Notes: a model not told the origin generated them from the letters alone. Positions 9,106-22,819 are shown, counted from the stretch's first letter. The stretch: 64,000 nucleotides of DNA from Escherichia coli (GCF_016026235.1 NZ_CP065613.1); one strand, 5' to 3'. Program-made: numbers and translations.

Positions 9106-11256
9106 ATGGATACTAAAAAGATATTCAAGCACATACCCTGGGTGATTCTCGGAATCATCGGTGCATTCTGCCTCGCGGTAGTTGCATTACGTCGGGGGGA
9201 GCACGTCAGCGCCCTGTGGATCGTGGTCGCCTCTGTGTCGGTGTATCTGGTGGCGTATCGCTACTACAGTCTGTACATCGCCCAGAAGGTGATGAAACTC
9301 GACCCCACGCGCGCGACGCCTGCGGTTATTAACAACGACGGTCTGAACTACGTTCCGACCAACCGTTACGTGTTGTTTGGTCACCACTTCGCCGCTATCG
9401 CCGGTGCTGGTCCGCTGGTGGGTCCGGTTCTCGCCGCGCAGATGGGCTACCTGCCTGGCACGCTGTGGCTGCTGGCGGGGGTCGTGCTGGCCGGTGCGGT
9501 TCAGGACTTTATGGTGCTGTTTATCTCCTCTCGCCGTAATGGCGCATCTCTTGGTGAGATGATCAAAGAAGAGATGGGACCAGTACCGGGGACTATCGCG
9601 CTGTTTGGCTGTTTCTTAATCATGATCATCATCCTCGCCGTCCTGGCGCTGATTGTGGTTAAAGCCCTGGCCGAAAGTCCGTGGGGTGTCTTCACCGTTT
9701 GCTCAACCGTACCGATTGCGCTGTTTATGGGTATCTACATGCGCTTTATCCGTCCGGGGCGTGTGGGTGAAGTCTCTGTCATTGGTATCGTGCTGCTGGT
9801 TGCCTCTATCTACTTCGGTGGCGTGATTGCTCACGATCCGTACTGGGGTCCGGCACTGACCTTTAAAGACACCACCATTACCTTCGCGCTGATTGGCTAT
9901 GCGTTTGTTTCCGCACTGCTGCCGGTGTGGCTGATCCTCGCACCGCGCGACTATCTGGCAACCTTCCTGAAAATCGGCGTTATCGTCGGCCTGGCGCTGG
10001 GTATCGTGGTGCTGAACCCGGAACTGAAAATGCCTGCGATGACCCAGTACATTGACGGTACTGGCCCGCTGTGGAAAGGCGCTCTGTTCCCGTTCCTGTT
10101 CATCACCATCGCCTGTGGTGCGGTATCTGGCTTCCACGCGCTGATCTCTTCCGGTACGACGCCGAAACTGCTGGCTAACGAAACCGACGCGCGTTTCATT
10201 GGCTACGGCGCAATGCTGATGGAGTCCTTCGTGGCGATTATGGCGCTGGTTGCTGCGTCCATCATCGAACCGGGTCTTTACTTCGCGATGAATACCCCGC
10301 CTGCGGGCCTTGGCATCACCATGCCTAACCTGCATGAAATGGGTGGCGAGAACGCGCCGATCATCATGGCGCAGCTGAAAGACGTTACCGCACACGCGGC
10401 GGCGACCGTCAGCTCCTGGGGCTTCGTGATTTCGCCAGAGCAGATCCTGCAAACCGCGAAAGACATTGGTGAGCCTTCTGTCCTGAACCGTGCAGGTGGT
10501 GCGCCGACGCTGGCGGTAGGTATCGCTCATGTGTTCCACAAAGTGCTGCCGATGGCTGACATGGGCTTCTGGTATCACTTCGGTATTCTGTTCGAAGCCC
10601 TGTTCATCCTGACCGCGCTGGATGCGGGTACCCGTTCTGGCCGCTTTATGCTGCAAGACCTGCTGGGTAACTTCATCCCGTTCCTGAAAAAAACCGACTC
10701 TCTGGTTGCCGGTATCATCGGTACTGCGGGCTGTGTGGGTCTGTGGGGCTACCTGCTGTATCAGGGCGTGGTCGATCCGCTGGGCGGCGTTAAGAGCCTG
10801 TGGCCGCTGTTCGGTATCTCCAACCAGATGCTGGCAGCCGTAGCGCTGGTACTGGGCACCGTTGTGCTGATTAAGATGAAGCGCACCCAATACATCTGGG
10901 TAACTGTTGTTCCGGCTGTATGGCTGCTTATCTGCACCACTTGGGCGCTGGGTCTGAAACTGTTCAGCACCAACCCGCAGATGGAAGGCTTCTTCTACAT
11001 GGCAAGCCAGTACAAAGAGAAGATTGCTAACGGTACTGACCTGACGGCGCAGCAGATTGCCAACATGAACCACATCGTTGTGAACAACTACACCAACGCG
11101 GGCCTGAGTATTCTGTTCCTGATTGTGGTGTACAGCATCATCTTCTACGGTTTCAAAACCTGGCTTGCGGTGCGTAACAGCGACAAACGTACTGACAAAG
11201 AAACACCGTACGTTCCAATCCCGGAAGGCGGCGTGAAGATCTCTTCGCACCACTAA
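9106..11256 (+). CDS. btsT: Pyruvate/H+ symporter of the CstA family
   Basis: ORF recognised as BtsT/YjiY (MDTKKIFKHIPWVILGIIGAFCLAVVAL...); ORF track starts 5 codons upstream (9091); many TM segments. Confidence 0.9.
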   Translation: MDTKKIFKHIPWVILGIIGAFCLAVVALRRGEHVSALWIVVASVSVYLVAYRYYSLYIAQKVMKLDPTRATPAVINNDGLNYVPTNRYVLFGHHFAAIAGAGPLVGPVLAAQMGYLPGTLWLLAGVVLAGAVQDFMVLFISSRRNGASLGEMIKEEMGPVPGTIALFGCFLIMIIILAVLALIVVKALAESPWGVFTVCSTVPIALFMGIYMRFIRPGRVGEVSVIGIVLLVASIYFGGVIAHDPYWGPALTFKDTTITFALIGYAFVSALLPVWLILAPRDYLATFLKIGVIVGLALGIVVLNPELKMPAMTQYIDGTGPLWKGALFPFLFITIACGAVSGFHALISSGTTPKLLANETDARFIGYGAMLMESFVAIMALVAASIIEPGLYFAMNTPPAGLGITMPNLHEMGGENAPIIMAQLKDVTAHAAATVSSWGFVISPEQILQTAKDIGEPSVLNRAGGAPTLAVGIAHVFHKVLPMADMGFWYHFGILFEALFILTALDAGTRSGRFMLQDLLGNFIPFLKKTDSLVAGIIGTAGCVGLWGYLLYQGVVDPLGGVKSLWPLFGISNQMLAAVALVLGTVVLIKMKRTQYIWVTVVPAVWLLICTTWALGLKLFSTNPQMEGFFYMASQYKEKIANGTDLTAQQIANMNHIVVNNYTNAGLSILFLIVVYSIIFYGFKTWLAVRNSDKRTDKETPYVPIPEGGVKISSHH

Positions 11257-11264
11257 CCGTGTTT

Positions 11265-11292
11265 AGCCCCGCTTCGGCGGGGCTTTGTTCTT
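11265..11292 (+). terminator. Rho-independent terminator after btsT
   Basis: Hairpin agccccgc-ttcg-gcggggct followed by ttgttctt. Confidence 0.6.
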
Positions 11293-11305
11293 ATCAGAGT
11301 GAACT

Positions 11306-11509
11306 ATGTTTGGTAACTTAGGACAGGCAAAAAAATATCTCGGCCAGGCGGCAAAGATGTTGATTGGCATTCCAGACTACGACAACTACGTCGAGCATAT
11401 GAAGACCAACCATCCCGACAAGCCGTACATGAGCTATGAAGAATTCTTCCGCGAACGCCAGAACGCGCGCTACGGCGGCGATGGTAAAGGCGGTATGCGC
11501 TGTTGTTAA
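11306..11509 (+). CDS. yjiX: Small conserved protein YjiX
   Basis: 67-aa [55 protein letters not shown]...; immediately downstream of btsT as in K-12. Confidence 0.8.
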
Positions 11510-11519
11510 TGGAGAGAGC

Positions 11520-12476
11520 ATGAACCCGATTGCAGTTACCCTACTCACCGGTTTTTTAGGCGCGGGAAAAACCACCCTGCTGCGCCATATTCTTAACGAA
11601 CAACACGGCTACAAGATTGCCGTGATTGAAAACGAATTCGGCGAAGTCTCCGTTGATGATCAACTAATTGGCGACCGCGCCACGCAGATCAAAACGCTGA
11701 CCAACGGCTGCATCTGCTGTTCGCGCTCCAACGAGCTGGAAGACGCACTACTCGACCTGCTGGATAATCTCGACAAGGGCAATATTCAGTTTGACCGTCT
11801 GGTCATTGAATGCACCGGCATGGCCGATCCCAGCCCGATTATTCAGACCTTTTTCTCCCATGAGATTTTATGCCAGCGTTACCTGCTGGACGGTGTGATT
11901 GCGCTGGTGGATGCGGTACATGCCGACGAGCAGATGAACCAGTTCACCATCGCTCAGTCCCAGGTTGGCTACGCCGACCGTATTCTGCTGACCAAAACCG
12001 ACGTCGCAGGCGAAGCAGAAAAACTGCGTGAACGCCTGGCGCGCATCAACGCCCGTGCACCGGTCTACACCGTCACCCACGGCGACATCGACCTGGGCCT
12101 GCTGTTCAACACCAACGGTTTTATGCTGGAAGAGAACGTCGTCAGCACCAAACCGCGTTTCCACTTTATCGCGGATAAACAAAACGATATTTCGTCGATT
12201 GTGGTGGAACTGGATTACCCGGTAGATATCAGCGAAGTTTCCCGGGTGATGGAAAACCTGCTTCTGGAATCGGCAGATAAACTGCTGCGTTACAAAGGGA
12301 TGCTGTGGATTGACGGCGAACCTAACCGCCTGCTGTTCCAGGGCGTCCAGCGCCTCTACAGCGCCGACTGGGACCGCCCGTGGGGCGATGAAAAACCGCA
12401 TAGCACAATGGTGTTTATCGGGATTCAGTTGCCGGAGGAAGAGATTCGGGCAGCGTTTGCGGGGTTGAGGAAGTAA
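11520..12476 (+). CDS. yjiA: COG0523-family P-loop GTPase (metal chaperone-like)
   Basis: Walker A GFLGAGKTT near the N-terminus and CXCC motif (GCICCS); start taken at ATG 11520 (MNPIAVTLLTGFLGAGKTT), giving 318 aa; the longer ORF-track start at 11436 overlaps yjiX. Confidence 0.85.
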   Translation: MNPIAVTLLTGFLGAGKTTLLRHILNEQHGYKIAVIENEFGEVSVDDQLIGDRATQIKTLTNGCICCSRSNELEDALLDLLDNLDKGNIQFDRLVIECTGMADPSPIIQTFFSHEILCQRYLLDGVIALVDAVHADEQMNQFTIAQSQVGYADRILLTKTDVAGEAEKLRERLARINARAPVYTVTHGDIDLGLLFNTNGFMLEENVVSTKPRFHFIADKQNDISSIVVELDYPVDISEVSRVMENLLLESADKLLRYKGMLWIDGEPNRLLFQGVQRLYSADWDRPWGDEKPHSTMVFIGIQLPEEEIRAAFAGLRK

Positions 12477-12487
12477 TTTTGGATGAT

Positions 12488-12518
12488 GGCCGCCATGGGG
12501 CGGCCTGAATTATTTTTT
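12488..12518 (+). terminator. Rho-independent terminator after yjiA
   Basis: Hairpin ggccgcc-atgg-ggcggcc followed by tgaattattttttg. Confidence 0.55.
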
Positions 12519-12812
12519 GTTCTGATCGCGCAGCATCGCTTCACGTAAAATTGCGTTCAGGCGAGTTTGATAGCCTTTACCTGGTCGCTTCAACCATTCC
12601 ATCACATCAGCATCAATACGCACCGAAGCCTGAGTTTTCAATGGCCGATAAAACTTACCGCGTTCGGCGTTAGACCATTGCTCATCGCTGGAAGGTGGGA
12701 TATCACTGTAATCAATATCTTCGTCGGATTTATTCGCCAGCGCCTTCAGTTCGGCCTCATGCTGCACATCGAGTGTAGAGGAGGTCCCTCGTTTATGTTT
12801 AACCATGCTCAT
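12510..12812 (-). CDS. BrnA-like antitoxin (ribbon-helix-helix C-terminal domain)
   Basis: Internal start MSMVKHKRG... chosen; C-terminal SVRIDADVMEWLKRPGKGYQTRLNAILREAML is the BrnA signature; start overlaps the stop of the upstream toxin gene by 14 bp. Confidence 0.65.
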   Translation of the reverse strand: MSMVKHKRGTSSTLDVQHEAELKALANKSDEDIDYSDIPPSSDEQWSNAERGKFYRPLKTQASVRIDADVMEWLKRPGKGYQTRLNAILREAMLRDQNKK

Positions 12813-13113
12813 AGCGATTCCTCTCTTTACGATCTGCTTTTCGTGCACTGATGATTCGAATAATTTCATTTCCGCTTTCGAAACGGATGGTATGCGCAAC
12901 CAGAATAACCACGATGCCGTAAACCAGGCCGATTGTCTGCCAGCGATACTCACCGTTTTCTATGCGTTCTTGCTGTGACAAATGTTGTGGATCATCAAAC
13001 AATAACACCGCATCTTCAAAGCGGATGCCATGTTTCACCCGATTACTTTTGGCCTTGTTTTCATCCCATTCAAACTCCATTGGCATAATTGCCATCCCTA
13101 ATTGTATATACAA
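12799..13113 (-). CDS. BrnT-like toxin (DUF497, RelE-fold ribonuclease family)
   Basis: MEFEWDENKAKSNRVKHGIRFEDA...ISARKADRKER matches the conserved BrnT pattern (WDExK...KHG...ISxRKAxxKER); start ambiguous between 13113 and the internal Met around 13083. Confidence 0.7.
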   Translation of the reverse strand: MYIQLGMAIMPMEFEWDENKAKSNRVKHGIRFEDAVLLFDDPQHLSQQERIENGEYRWQTIGLVYGIVVILVAHTIRFESGNEIIRIISARKADRKERNRYEHG

Positions 13114-13284
13114 AAATGTATCTACAATTATTCTGCAATTATAGCGTTGATGTTGGAAATAGCATCACGTTTCGAATAATCAACCATAAAATTGACAATG
13201 AGTAAGTTGGACTTGATTCATCCAATAGAATTTCTCGCCTGACATGGCACACTAAACACCTCGCTGTCGGGTAATGACTCCAAC

Positions 13285-13787
13285 TTACTGATAGTGTTTT
13301 ATGTTCAGATAATGCCCGATGACCTTGTCATGCAGCTCCACCGATTTTGAGAACGACAGTGACTTCCGTCCCAGCCTTGCCAGATGTTGTCTCAGATTCA
13401 GATTATGTCGCTCAATGCGCTGAGTGTAACGCTTGCTGATAACGTGCAGCTTTCCCTTCAGGCGTGATTCATACAGCGGCCAGCCATCCGTCATCTATAC
13501 TACGACCTCAAAGGCCGACAGCAGGCTCAGAAGACGCTCCAGTGTGGCCAGAGTGCGTTCACCGAAGACGTGGCCACAACCGTCCTCCGTATCCTGTCAT
13601 ACGCGTAAAACAGCCAGCGCTGACGTGATTTAGCACCGACGTAGCCCCAATGTTCGTCCATTTCAGCGCAGACAATCACATCACTGCCCGGTTGTATGCG
13701 CGAGGTTACCGACTGCGGCCTGAGTTTTTTAAGTGACGTAAAACCGTGTTGAGGCCAACGCCCATAATGCGTGCACTGGCGCGACAT
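13285..13787 (-). pseudogene. insB: IS1 insB', disrupted
   Basis: InsB-homologous frame split into 13527..13787 and 13285..13494 by a frameshift and an amber codon. Confidence 0.7.
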
Positions 13788-13981
13788 CCGACGCCATTCA
13801 TGGCCATATCAATGATTTTCTGGTGCGTACCGGGCTGAGAGGCGGTGTAAGTGAACTGCAGTTGCCATGTTTTACGGCAATGAGAGCAGAGATAGCGCTG
13901 ATGTCCGGCAGTGCTTTTGCCGTTACGCACCACGCCTTCAGTAGCGGAGCAGGAAGCACATCTGATGGAAATGGAAGCCAC
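13706..13981 (-). CDS. insA: IS1 InsA
   Basis: 91-aa [46 protein letters not shown]... (zinc finger plus HTH). Confidence 0.85.
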   Translation of the reverse strand: MASISIRCASCSATEGVVRNGKSTAGHQRYLCSHCRKTWQLQFTYTASQPGTHQKIIDMAMNGVGCRASARIMGVGLNTVLRHLKNSGRSR

Positions 13982-14295
13982 GCAAGCACCTTAAAATCAC
14001 CATCATACACTAAATCAGTAAGTTGGCAGCATTACCAAATTTTAATTACACTTAAGGTGTATATTTTCTATGCAAGCCATCAATTAAAGAGGTGTAATGT
14101 TCTGATGACTATTTGTAATCGTTATACATTCTGACCTGGAGTCAGAAGGTATTTCTCTGTCTGTGTATTCGCAGGCAGTGTGGTTGATTACATGAAATTC
14201 AGTACATTTGTCCTTCTCGCCTGCCTTTCGTCATTACCGACGGTATTGAATTTCGTTTTCCCCATTGGGGTTCTCCGGACAAGGAGTTGTTTGTT

Positions 14296-15528
14296 ATGCC
14301 ACGTTTTTTTGCCCGCCATGCCGCCACGCTGTTTTTCCCGATGGCGTTGATTTTGTATGACTTTGCTGCGTATCTGTCGACGGACCTGATCCAGCCAGGG
14401 ATCATTAATGTGGTCCGTGATTTTAATGCCGATGTCAGTCTGGCCCCGGCTGCCGTCAGTCTCTATCTCGCTGGAGGCATGGCATTGCAGTGGCTGCTGG
14501 GGCCGCTTTCCGACAGGGTTGGCCGCAGGCCGGTGCTGATTACCGGGGCGCTAATATTTACCCTTGCCTGCGCTGCGACAATGTTCACAACGTCTATGAC
14601 ACAGTTTCTTATCGCGCGTGCAATTCAGGGCACCAGTATCTGTTTTATTGCCACCGTTGGTTATGTCACGGTGCAGGAGGCGTTCGGACAGACAAAAGGG
14701 ATCAAGTTGATGGCGATTATCACCTCCATCGTACTGATTGCGCCGATTATTGGCCCGCTTTCCGGCGCAGCTCTGATGCACTTTGTGCACTGGAAAGTCC
14801 TTTTTGCCATCATTGCGGTTATGGGTTTTATCTCATTTGTTGGCTTACTGCTGGCGATGCCAGAGACGGTGAAGCGCGGCGCGGTTCCATTTAGCGCCAA
14901 AAGCGTCTTGCGCGATTTTCGTAATGTCTTTTGCAATCGGCTGTTCCTCTTTGGCGCAGCAACCATCTCTTTAAGCTATATCCCCATGATGAGTTGGGTG
15001 GCTGTCTCGCCGGTGATCCTGATCGACGCGGGCGGCTTAACAACTTCGCAGTTCGCCTGGACACAGGTTCCGGTGTTCGGCGCGGTGATTGTCGCGAATG
15101 CCATCGTGGCGCGTTTCGTTAAAGATCCGACCGAACCGCGCTTTATCTGGCGTGCCGTACCCCTTCAACTGGTTGGCCTCGCGCTGTTGATTATCGGCAA
15201 TCTGCTGTCACCGCACGTCTGGCTGTGGTCGGTGCTGGGCACCAGTCTGTATGCTTTCGGGATTGGTTTGATTTTCCCGACCTTATTCCGCTTTACGCTG
15301 TTTTCCAATAACTTACCGAAAGGGACCGTCTCCGCATCGCTGAATATGGTGATCCTGATGGTGATGTCTGTCTCGGTCGAAATCGGCCGCTGGCTGTGGT
15401 TTAACAGCGGTCGCTTGCCGTTTCATCTGTTAGCCGTTGTGGCAGGCGTTATCGTCGTTTTCACCCTGGCCGGATTGCTTAATCGCGTGCGCCAACATCA
15501 GGCTGCCGAGCTGGCGGAGGAGCGGTGA
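14296..15528 (+). CDS. mdtM: Multidrug efflux MFS transporter MdtM
   Basis: ORF recognised as MdtM/YjiO ([43 protein letters not shown]...); ORF track uses TTG 14287; IS1 end lies 260 bp upstream. Confidence 0.9.
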   Translation: MPRFFARHAATLFFPMALILYDFAAYLSTDLIQPGIINVVRDFNADVSLAPAAVSLYLAGGMALQWLLGPLSDRVGRRPVLITGALIFTLACAATMFTTSMTQFLIARAIQGTSICFIATVGYVTVQEAFGQTKGIKLMAIITSIVLIAPIIGPLSGAALMHFVHWKVLFAIIAVMGFISFVGLLLAMPETVKRGAVPFSAKSVLRDFRNVFCNRLFLFGAATISLSYIPMMSWVAVSPVILIDAGGLTTSQFAWTQVPVFGAVIVANAIVARFVKDPTEPRFIWRAVPLQLVGLALLIIGNLLSPHVWLWSVLGTSLYAFGIGLIFPTLFRFTLFSNNLPKGTVSASLNMVILMVMSVSVEIGRWLWFNSGRLPFHLLAVVAGVIVVFTLAGLLNRVRQHQAAELAEER

Positions 15529-15568
15529 TTTTTGCGCGATCCTGCCGTCAGGCTCTATTCTTAACATT

Positions 15569-16849
15569 ATGAATAAACTCATTGAACTCAGACGCGCCAA
15601 AATGTTGGCGCTCTCTTTACTGCTTATCGCCGCTGCTACCTTTGTCGTTACGCTGTTTTTGCCGCCCAATTTTTGGGTGAGCGGCGTGAAGGCGATTGCT
15701 GAAGCGGCGATGGTCGGCGCGCTGGCGGACTGGTTTGCGGTGGTGGCGCTGTTTCGCCGCGTGCCGATTCCGATCATTTCTCGTCATACGGCGATTATTC
15801 CGCGTAATAAAGACCGGATTGGCGAAAATCTCGGCCAGTTCGTGCAGGAAAAATTTCTCGATACCCAATCGCTGGTGGCATTGATTCGACGTCACGAACC
15901 GGCGTTGTTGATTGGCAACTGGTTTAGTCAGCCAGAAAACGCCCGCCGCGTTGGTCAGCATCTGTTGCAGATCATGAGCGGTTTTCTTGAACTAACCGAT
16001 GATGCGCGTATTCAGCGCCTGCTTAAGCGCGCGGTCCACCGGGCGATTGATAAAGTCGATCTTTCTGGCACCAGTGCGTTGATGCTGGAGAGTATGACTA
16101 AAAACGATCGTCATCAGGTGCTGCTGGATACGCTGATCGCACAGTTGATCGCCCTTCTCCAGCGCGATAAATCGCGCAAGTTTATTGCCCAGCAAATTGT
16201 TCGCTGGCTGGAGAGCGAGCATCCACTGAAAGCCAAAATTTTGCCCACTGAATGGCTGGGCGAACATAGCGCGGAGTTGGTTTCTGACGCGGTGAATTCT
16301 TTGCTTGATGATATCAGCCGCGATCGTGCGCATCAGATCCGCCATGCGTTTGATCGCGCTACCTTCGCCCTGATCGAGAAACTGAAAAACGATCCGGAAA
16401 TGGCGGCGCGAGCCGATGCCGTAAAAAGCTATCTGAAAGAAGATGAAGCTTTTAACCGCTATCTCAGTGAATTGTGGGGGGATTTACGGGAATGGCTGAA
16501 AGCGGATATCAACAGTGAAGATTCTCGTGTGAAAGAACGTATCGCGCGGGCTGAACAATGGTTTGGCGAAACGTTAATTGCCGATGATGCCTTGCGGGCG
16601 TCGTTAAATGGTCATCTGGAACAAGCCGCACACCGCATTGCGCCTGAGTTTTCCGCATTCCTGACTCGCCATATCAGCGACACGGTAAAAAGCTGGGACG
16701 CACGGGATATGTCGCGGCAAATCGAGTTAAATATCGGCAAAGATCTCCAGTTTATCCGTGTCAACGGTACGCTGGTTGGCGGTTGTATTGGACTTATTTT
16801 GTATTTGCTGTCGCAGCTCCCGGCCTTGTTCCCCCTCGGCAATTTATAG
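15569..16849 (+). CDS. yjiN: DUF445-family inner-membrane protein YjiN
   Basis: Start taken at [27 protein letters not shown] (426 aa); ORF track extends to 15437. Confidence 0.8.
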   Translation: MNKLIELRRAKMLALSLLLIAAATFVVTLFLPPNFWVSGVKAIAEAAMVGALADWFAVVALFRRVPIPIISRHTAIIPRNKDRIGENLGQFVQEKFLDTQSLVALIRRHEPALLIGNWFSQPENARRVGQHLLQIMSGFLELTDDARIQRLLKRAVHRAIDKVDLSGTSALMLESMTKNDRHQVLLDTLIAQLIALLQRDKSRKFIAQQIVRWLESEHPLKAKILPTEWLGEHSAELVSDAVNSLLDDISRDRAHQIRHAFDRATFALIEKLKNDPEMAARADAVKSYLKEDEAFNRYLSELWGDLREWLKADINSEDSRVKERIARAEQWFGETLIADDALRASLNGHLEQAAHRIAPEFSAFLTRHISDTVKSWDARDMSRQIELNIGKDLQFIRVNGTLVGGCIGLILYLLSQLPALFPLGNL

Positions 16850-16964
16850 AAATCCATGAAAAACTAAGTGGCTAACCGCGAGAGAGATCAAATAAACCAC
16901 ACTAAAAGAATGGTAATAATGTGGCCTCTTTTCATTATCTCCCGTGGTACGGGGAAGGAAAATC

Positions 16965-18893
<1,929 letters not shown>

Positions 18894-19064
18894 AAGAGTA
18901 TCTGTTTTTATTTCACTCCACGGTCGGCGTCATACAAACCCGCAAGGCGTTGCAGGCAGCTGGTATGACTTTTCGCGTCAGCGATATTCCCCGTGATTTA
19001 CGCGGCGGCTGCGGGTTATGCATTTGGCTGACCTGTCCGCCTGGCGAGGAAATTCAATGGGTGA

Positions 19065-20072
<1,008 letters not shown>

Positions 20073-20139
20073 CAGGCTGGCATATTTCACCTTTTTGTTA
20101 TTAACTTGTTAACAACAAAAATGACATACAAGGTTAAAC

Positions 20140-21318
20140 ATGCCTTCGTCCTCGCATCCCGTAGAACGCTTTTCTTTCAGCACCGCGCTTTTCGGGATGC
20201 TGGTTCTGACCTTAGGTATGGGATTAGGTCGCTTCCTTTATACGCCTATGTTGCCCGTCATGATGGCGGAAGGGGCGTTTTCATTTAGCCAGCTCTCGTG
20301 GATTGCCAGCGGCAACTATGCGGGGTATCTGGCTGGCAGTCTGCTATTTTCGTTTGGCGCATTTCACCAGCCGTCGCGCCTGCGCCCATTTCTGTTGGTT
20401 TCTGCCCTGGCGAGCGGGTTGTTGATCCTCGTAATGGCATGGTTGCCGCCATTTATTCTGGTGTTATTGATTCGCTTCCTGGCGGGTGTCGCCAGCGCCG
20501 GTATGCTGATTTTTGGTTCGACGCTGATTATGCAGCACACGCGCCATCCTTTTGTGCTGGCAGCTTTGTTTTCTGGCGTTGGCATTGGCATTGCACTGGG
20601 CAACGAATATGTTCTGGCAGGCCTGCATTTTGCCTTCTCCTCGCAAACGTTATGGCAAGGCGCCGGGGCGCTTTCTGGCATGATGCTGATTGCACTTACG
20701 CTTTTAATGCCCTCGAAAAAACACGCCATCGCACCAATGCCATTGGCAAAAACGGAGCAACAGATAATGAGCTGGTGGTTACTGGCTATTCTGTACGGCC
20801 TTGCGGGATTTGGTTATATCATCGTCGCGACTTACCTGCCGCTCATGGCGAAAGATGCAGGCTCACCATTGTTAACCGCCCATCTCTGGACGTTAGTCGG
20901 CTTATCAATTGTGCCAGGCTGCTTTGGCTGGCTATGGGCAGCAAAACGTTGGGGGGCTTTGCCTTGCCTGACGGCGAATTTGCTGGTGCAGGCTATCAGT
21001 GTGCTGCTTACTCTCGCCAGCGACTCTCCTCTCTTGCTTATCATTAGTAGTATCGGTTTTGGCGGTACCTTTATGGGCACGACATCTCTGGTGATGACTA
21101 TCGCCCGCCAACTGAGCGTTCCGGGAAATCTCAATCTTTTAGGCTTTGTGACGCTCATTTACGGCATTGGACAAATCCTCGGCCCGGCGCTGACCAGTAT
21201 GCTCGGCAATGGAACATCGGCGCTTGCCGGCGCCACTCTCTGCGGCGCGGCGGCGTTGTTTATTGCTGCGCTTATCAGCACAGTACAATTATTTAAGCTG
21301 CAAGTGGTCACTTCATGA
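20140..21318 (+). CDS. yjiJ: MFS transporter YjiJ
   Basis: 392-aa hydrophobic ORF with 12 predicted TM segments; conserved position next to kptA. Confidence 0.8.
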   Translation: MPSSSHPVERFSFSTALFGMLVLTLGMGLGRFLYTPMLPVMMAEGAFSFSQLSWIASGNYAGYLAGSLLFSFGAFHQPSRLRPFLLVSALASGLLILVMAWLPPFILVLLIRFLAGVASAGMLIFGSTLIMQHTRHPFVLAALFSGVGIGIALGNEYVLAGLHFAFSSQTLWQGAGALSGMMLIALTLLMPSKKHAIAPMPLAKTEQQIMSWWLLAILYGLAGFGYIIVATYLPLMAKDAGSPLLTAHLWTLVGLSIVPGCFGWLWAAKRWGALPCLTANLLVQAISVLLTLASDSPLLLIISSIGFGGTFMGTTSLVMTIARQLSVPGNLNLLGFVTLIYGIGQILGPALTSMLGNGTSALAGATLCGAAALFIAALISTVQLFKLQVVTS

Positions 21319-21330
21319 GGAGTGTTTCCC

Positions 21331-21885
21331 TTACCACTCAAGAAATTCGACCGCAACCGTTGATGTCAGCCAGACCCCGTTTTCCGCTTGCCAGAAAGGG
21401 AGGCCTCGTTTCGCCATTTCCTGTGCTTTGACGGTTAAAATAACCGGCGATCCGTGTCTTGCTCCCACTTTGCGTGCCGTTGCTTCATCAGCAGAGAGAT
21501 GTACGTAGTGACGCTCACCTGCAATCAGCCCCTGTTTTTTTATCTCGTCAAGGAAACGGCTTGCCGTACCGTGGTAGAGAAACTGTGGCGGTGTTTTTTC
21601 GGCAAAGGAAATAGCGACCTGCGAAGTCGAATGCCCCTGAACCGCGCGGATGCACCTACCATCACTGGAATAACTAAAACGCTTTTTATCGCTGGTGGCA
21701 ACCACGGTATCCAGCAATGCACGGGTTAACCGCTTGCCCGCTTTTTGGGCACAGAGTATGAGCTTATCGATATCCGCCCATCCTTCACGGTCCAGTACGA
21801 TACCAATCGCCTCCGGTTTGTGTCGGAGGACAAAACTTAAAAACTTGCTCGTATCCGCCAGCTCTTTTTCGTTGTACTTTGCCAT
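21331..21885 (-). CDS. kptA: RNA 2'-phosphotransferase (Tpt1 family)
   Basis: 184-aa [45 protein letters not shown]... recognised as KptA. Confidence 0.85.
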   Translation of the reverse strand: MAKYNEKELADTSKFLSFVLRHKPEAIGIVLDREGWADIDKLILCAQKAGKRLTRALLDTVVATSDKKRFSYSSDGRCIRAVQGHSTSQVAISFAEKTPPQFLYHGTASRFLDEIKKQGLIAGERHYVHLSADEATARKVGARHGSPVILTVKAQEMAKRGLPFWQAENGVWLTSTVAVEFLEW

Positions 21886-22135
21886 CGCGTTTTCGTCCCT
21901 GGATTATCTGTTTTTTATTTACTATGTCATTGTCACTGGGTTTATGAATTTTCTGCAACTCAATCCTGCGTAGAACCTTTTCCACACAGCGTAATTTTAC
22001 CGCTATGCAAAAAACGCATAGTCAGAAACATACTTGCATTTTCCCCATACCCACATGGCTTATAAGGTTTTTCAGCTCCAGGAATTTTCCTGGCTCAAGC
22101 AACACACAAACACAAAAAAAACAATGGGGATTGTT

Positions 22136-22819
22136 ATGACACAACAAGGGGATGCTGTAGCCGGGGAGCTGGCGACAGAAAAAGTGGGCATTAAAGGGTA
22201 TCTGGCTTTTTTTCTCACCATAATCTTTTTTTCCGGTGTTTTTTCCGGGACAGACAGTTGGTGGCGCGTTTTTGATTTTTCCGTTCTGAACGGATCGTTT
22301 GGGCAACTGCCTGGTGCGAACGGAGCCACCACCTCGTTTCGCGGCGCGGGTGGCGCGGGGGCTAAAGATGGCTTTCTCTTTGCGCTGGAGCTGGCACCGT
22401 CAGTCATTCTCTCTCTGGGGATTATTTCAATTACCGATGGTCTTGGCGGATTACGCGCCGCGCAGCAGTTAATGACGCCAGTGCTAAAACCGTTGTTGGG
22501 CATTCCAGGGATCTGCTCGCTGGCGCTGATCGCTAACCTGCAAAACACCGATGCCGCCGCAGGTATGACCAAAGAGCTGGCGCAGGAAGGTGAAATTACC
22601 GAACGCGATAAAGTGATTTTCGCCGCATATCAAACCAGCGGTAGCGCCATTATCACCAACTACTTCTCTTCCGGCGTCGCGGTGTTTGCCTTTTTGGGCA
22701 CGTCCGTAATCGTACCTTTAGCAGTCATCCTGGTGTTTAAATTTGTCGGAGCCAACATTTTGCGCGTCTGGCTTAACTTCGAAGAACGTCGCAACCCAAC
22801 GCAAGGAGCGCAAGCATGA
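22136..22819 (+). CDS. yjiH: Inner-membrane protein YjiH (nucleoside-recognition domain)
   Basis: Start taken at ATG 22136 (MTQQGDAVAGELATEKVGIKGYLAFFL..., 227 aa); ORF track extends to 22034. Confidence 0.75.
   Translation: MTQQGDAVAGELATEKVGIKGYLAFFLTIIFFSGVFSGTDSWWRVFDFSVLNGSFGQLPGANGATTSFRGAGGAGAKDGFLFALELAPSVILSLGIISITDGLGGLRAAQQLMTPVLKPLLGIPGICSLALIANLQNTDAAAGMTKELAQEGEITERDKVIFAAYQTSGSAIITNYFSSGVAVFAFLGTSVIVPLAVILVFKFVGANILRVWLNFEERRNPTQGAQA

Larger units (their letters stand above)
13270..14036 (-). mobile_element. IS1 copy 1 (variant lineage, 767 bp, defective insB, no target-site duplication)
   Basis: Terminal inverted repeats ggtaatgactccaacttactgat... and ...cagtaagttggcagcattacc; insA intact; insB carries an in-frame TAG plus a 1-bp deletion relative to copy 3; 9-bp flanks differ (tcgctgtcg vs aaattttaa). 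Confidence 0.9.

Noticed and set aside
9703-11253. 516-aa ORF on the minus strand covering most of btsT
   Set aside because: Antisense to a well-conserved transporter gene; Arg/His-rich low-complexity translation typical of a GC-rich antisense frame; no independent start context. Treated as spurious.
11436-12476. 346-aa extended yjiA ORF overlapping yjiX
   Set aside because: Longest-ORF artefact; the ATG at 11520 gives the expected GTPase N-terminus with the Walker A motif close to the start.
12510-12953. 147-aa and 104-aa longest-frame versions of the brnA and brnT genes
   Set aside because: The N-terminal extensions have no family support and the internal starts give canonical lengths and the usual toxin/antitoxin overlap. 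Shorter models preferred; start codons remain uncertain.
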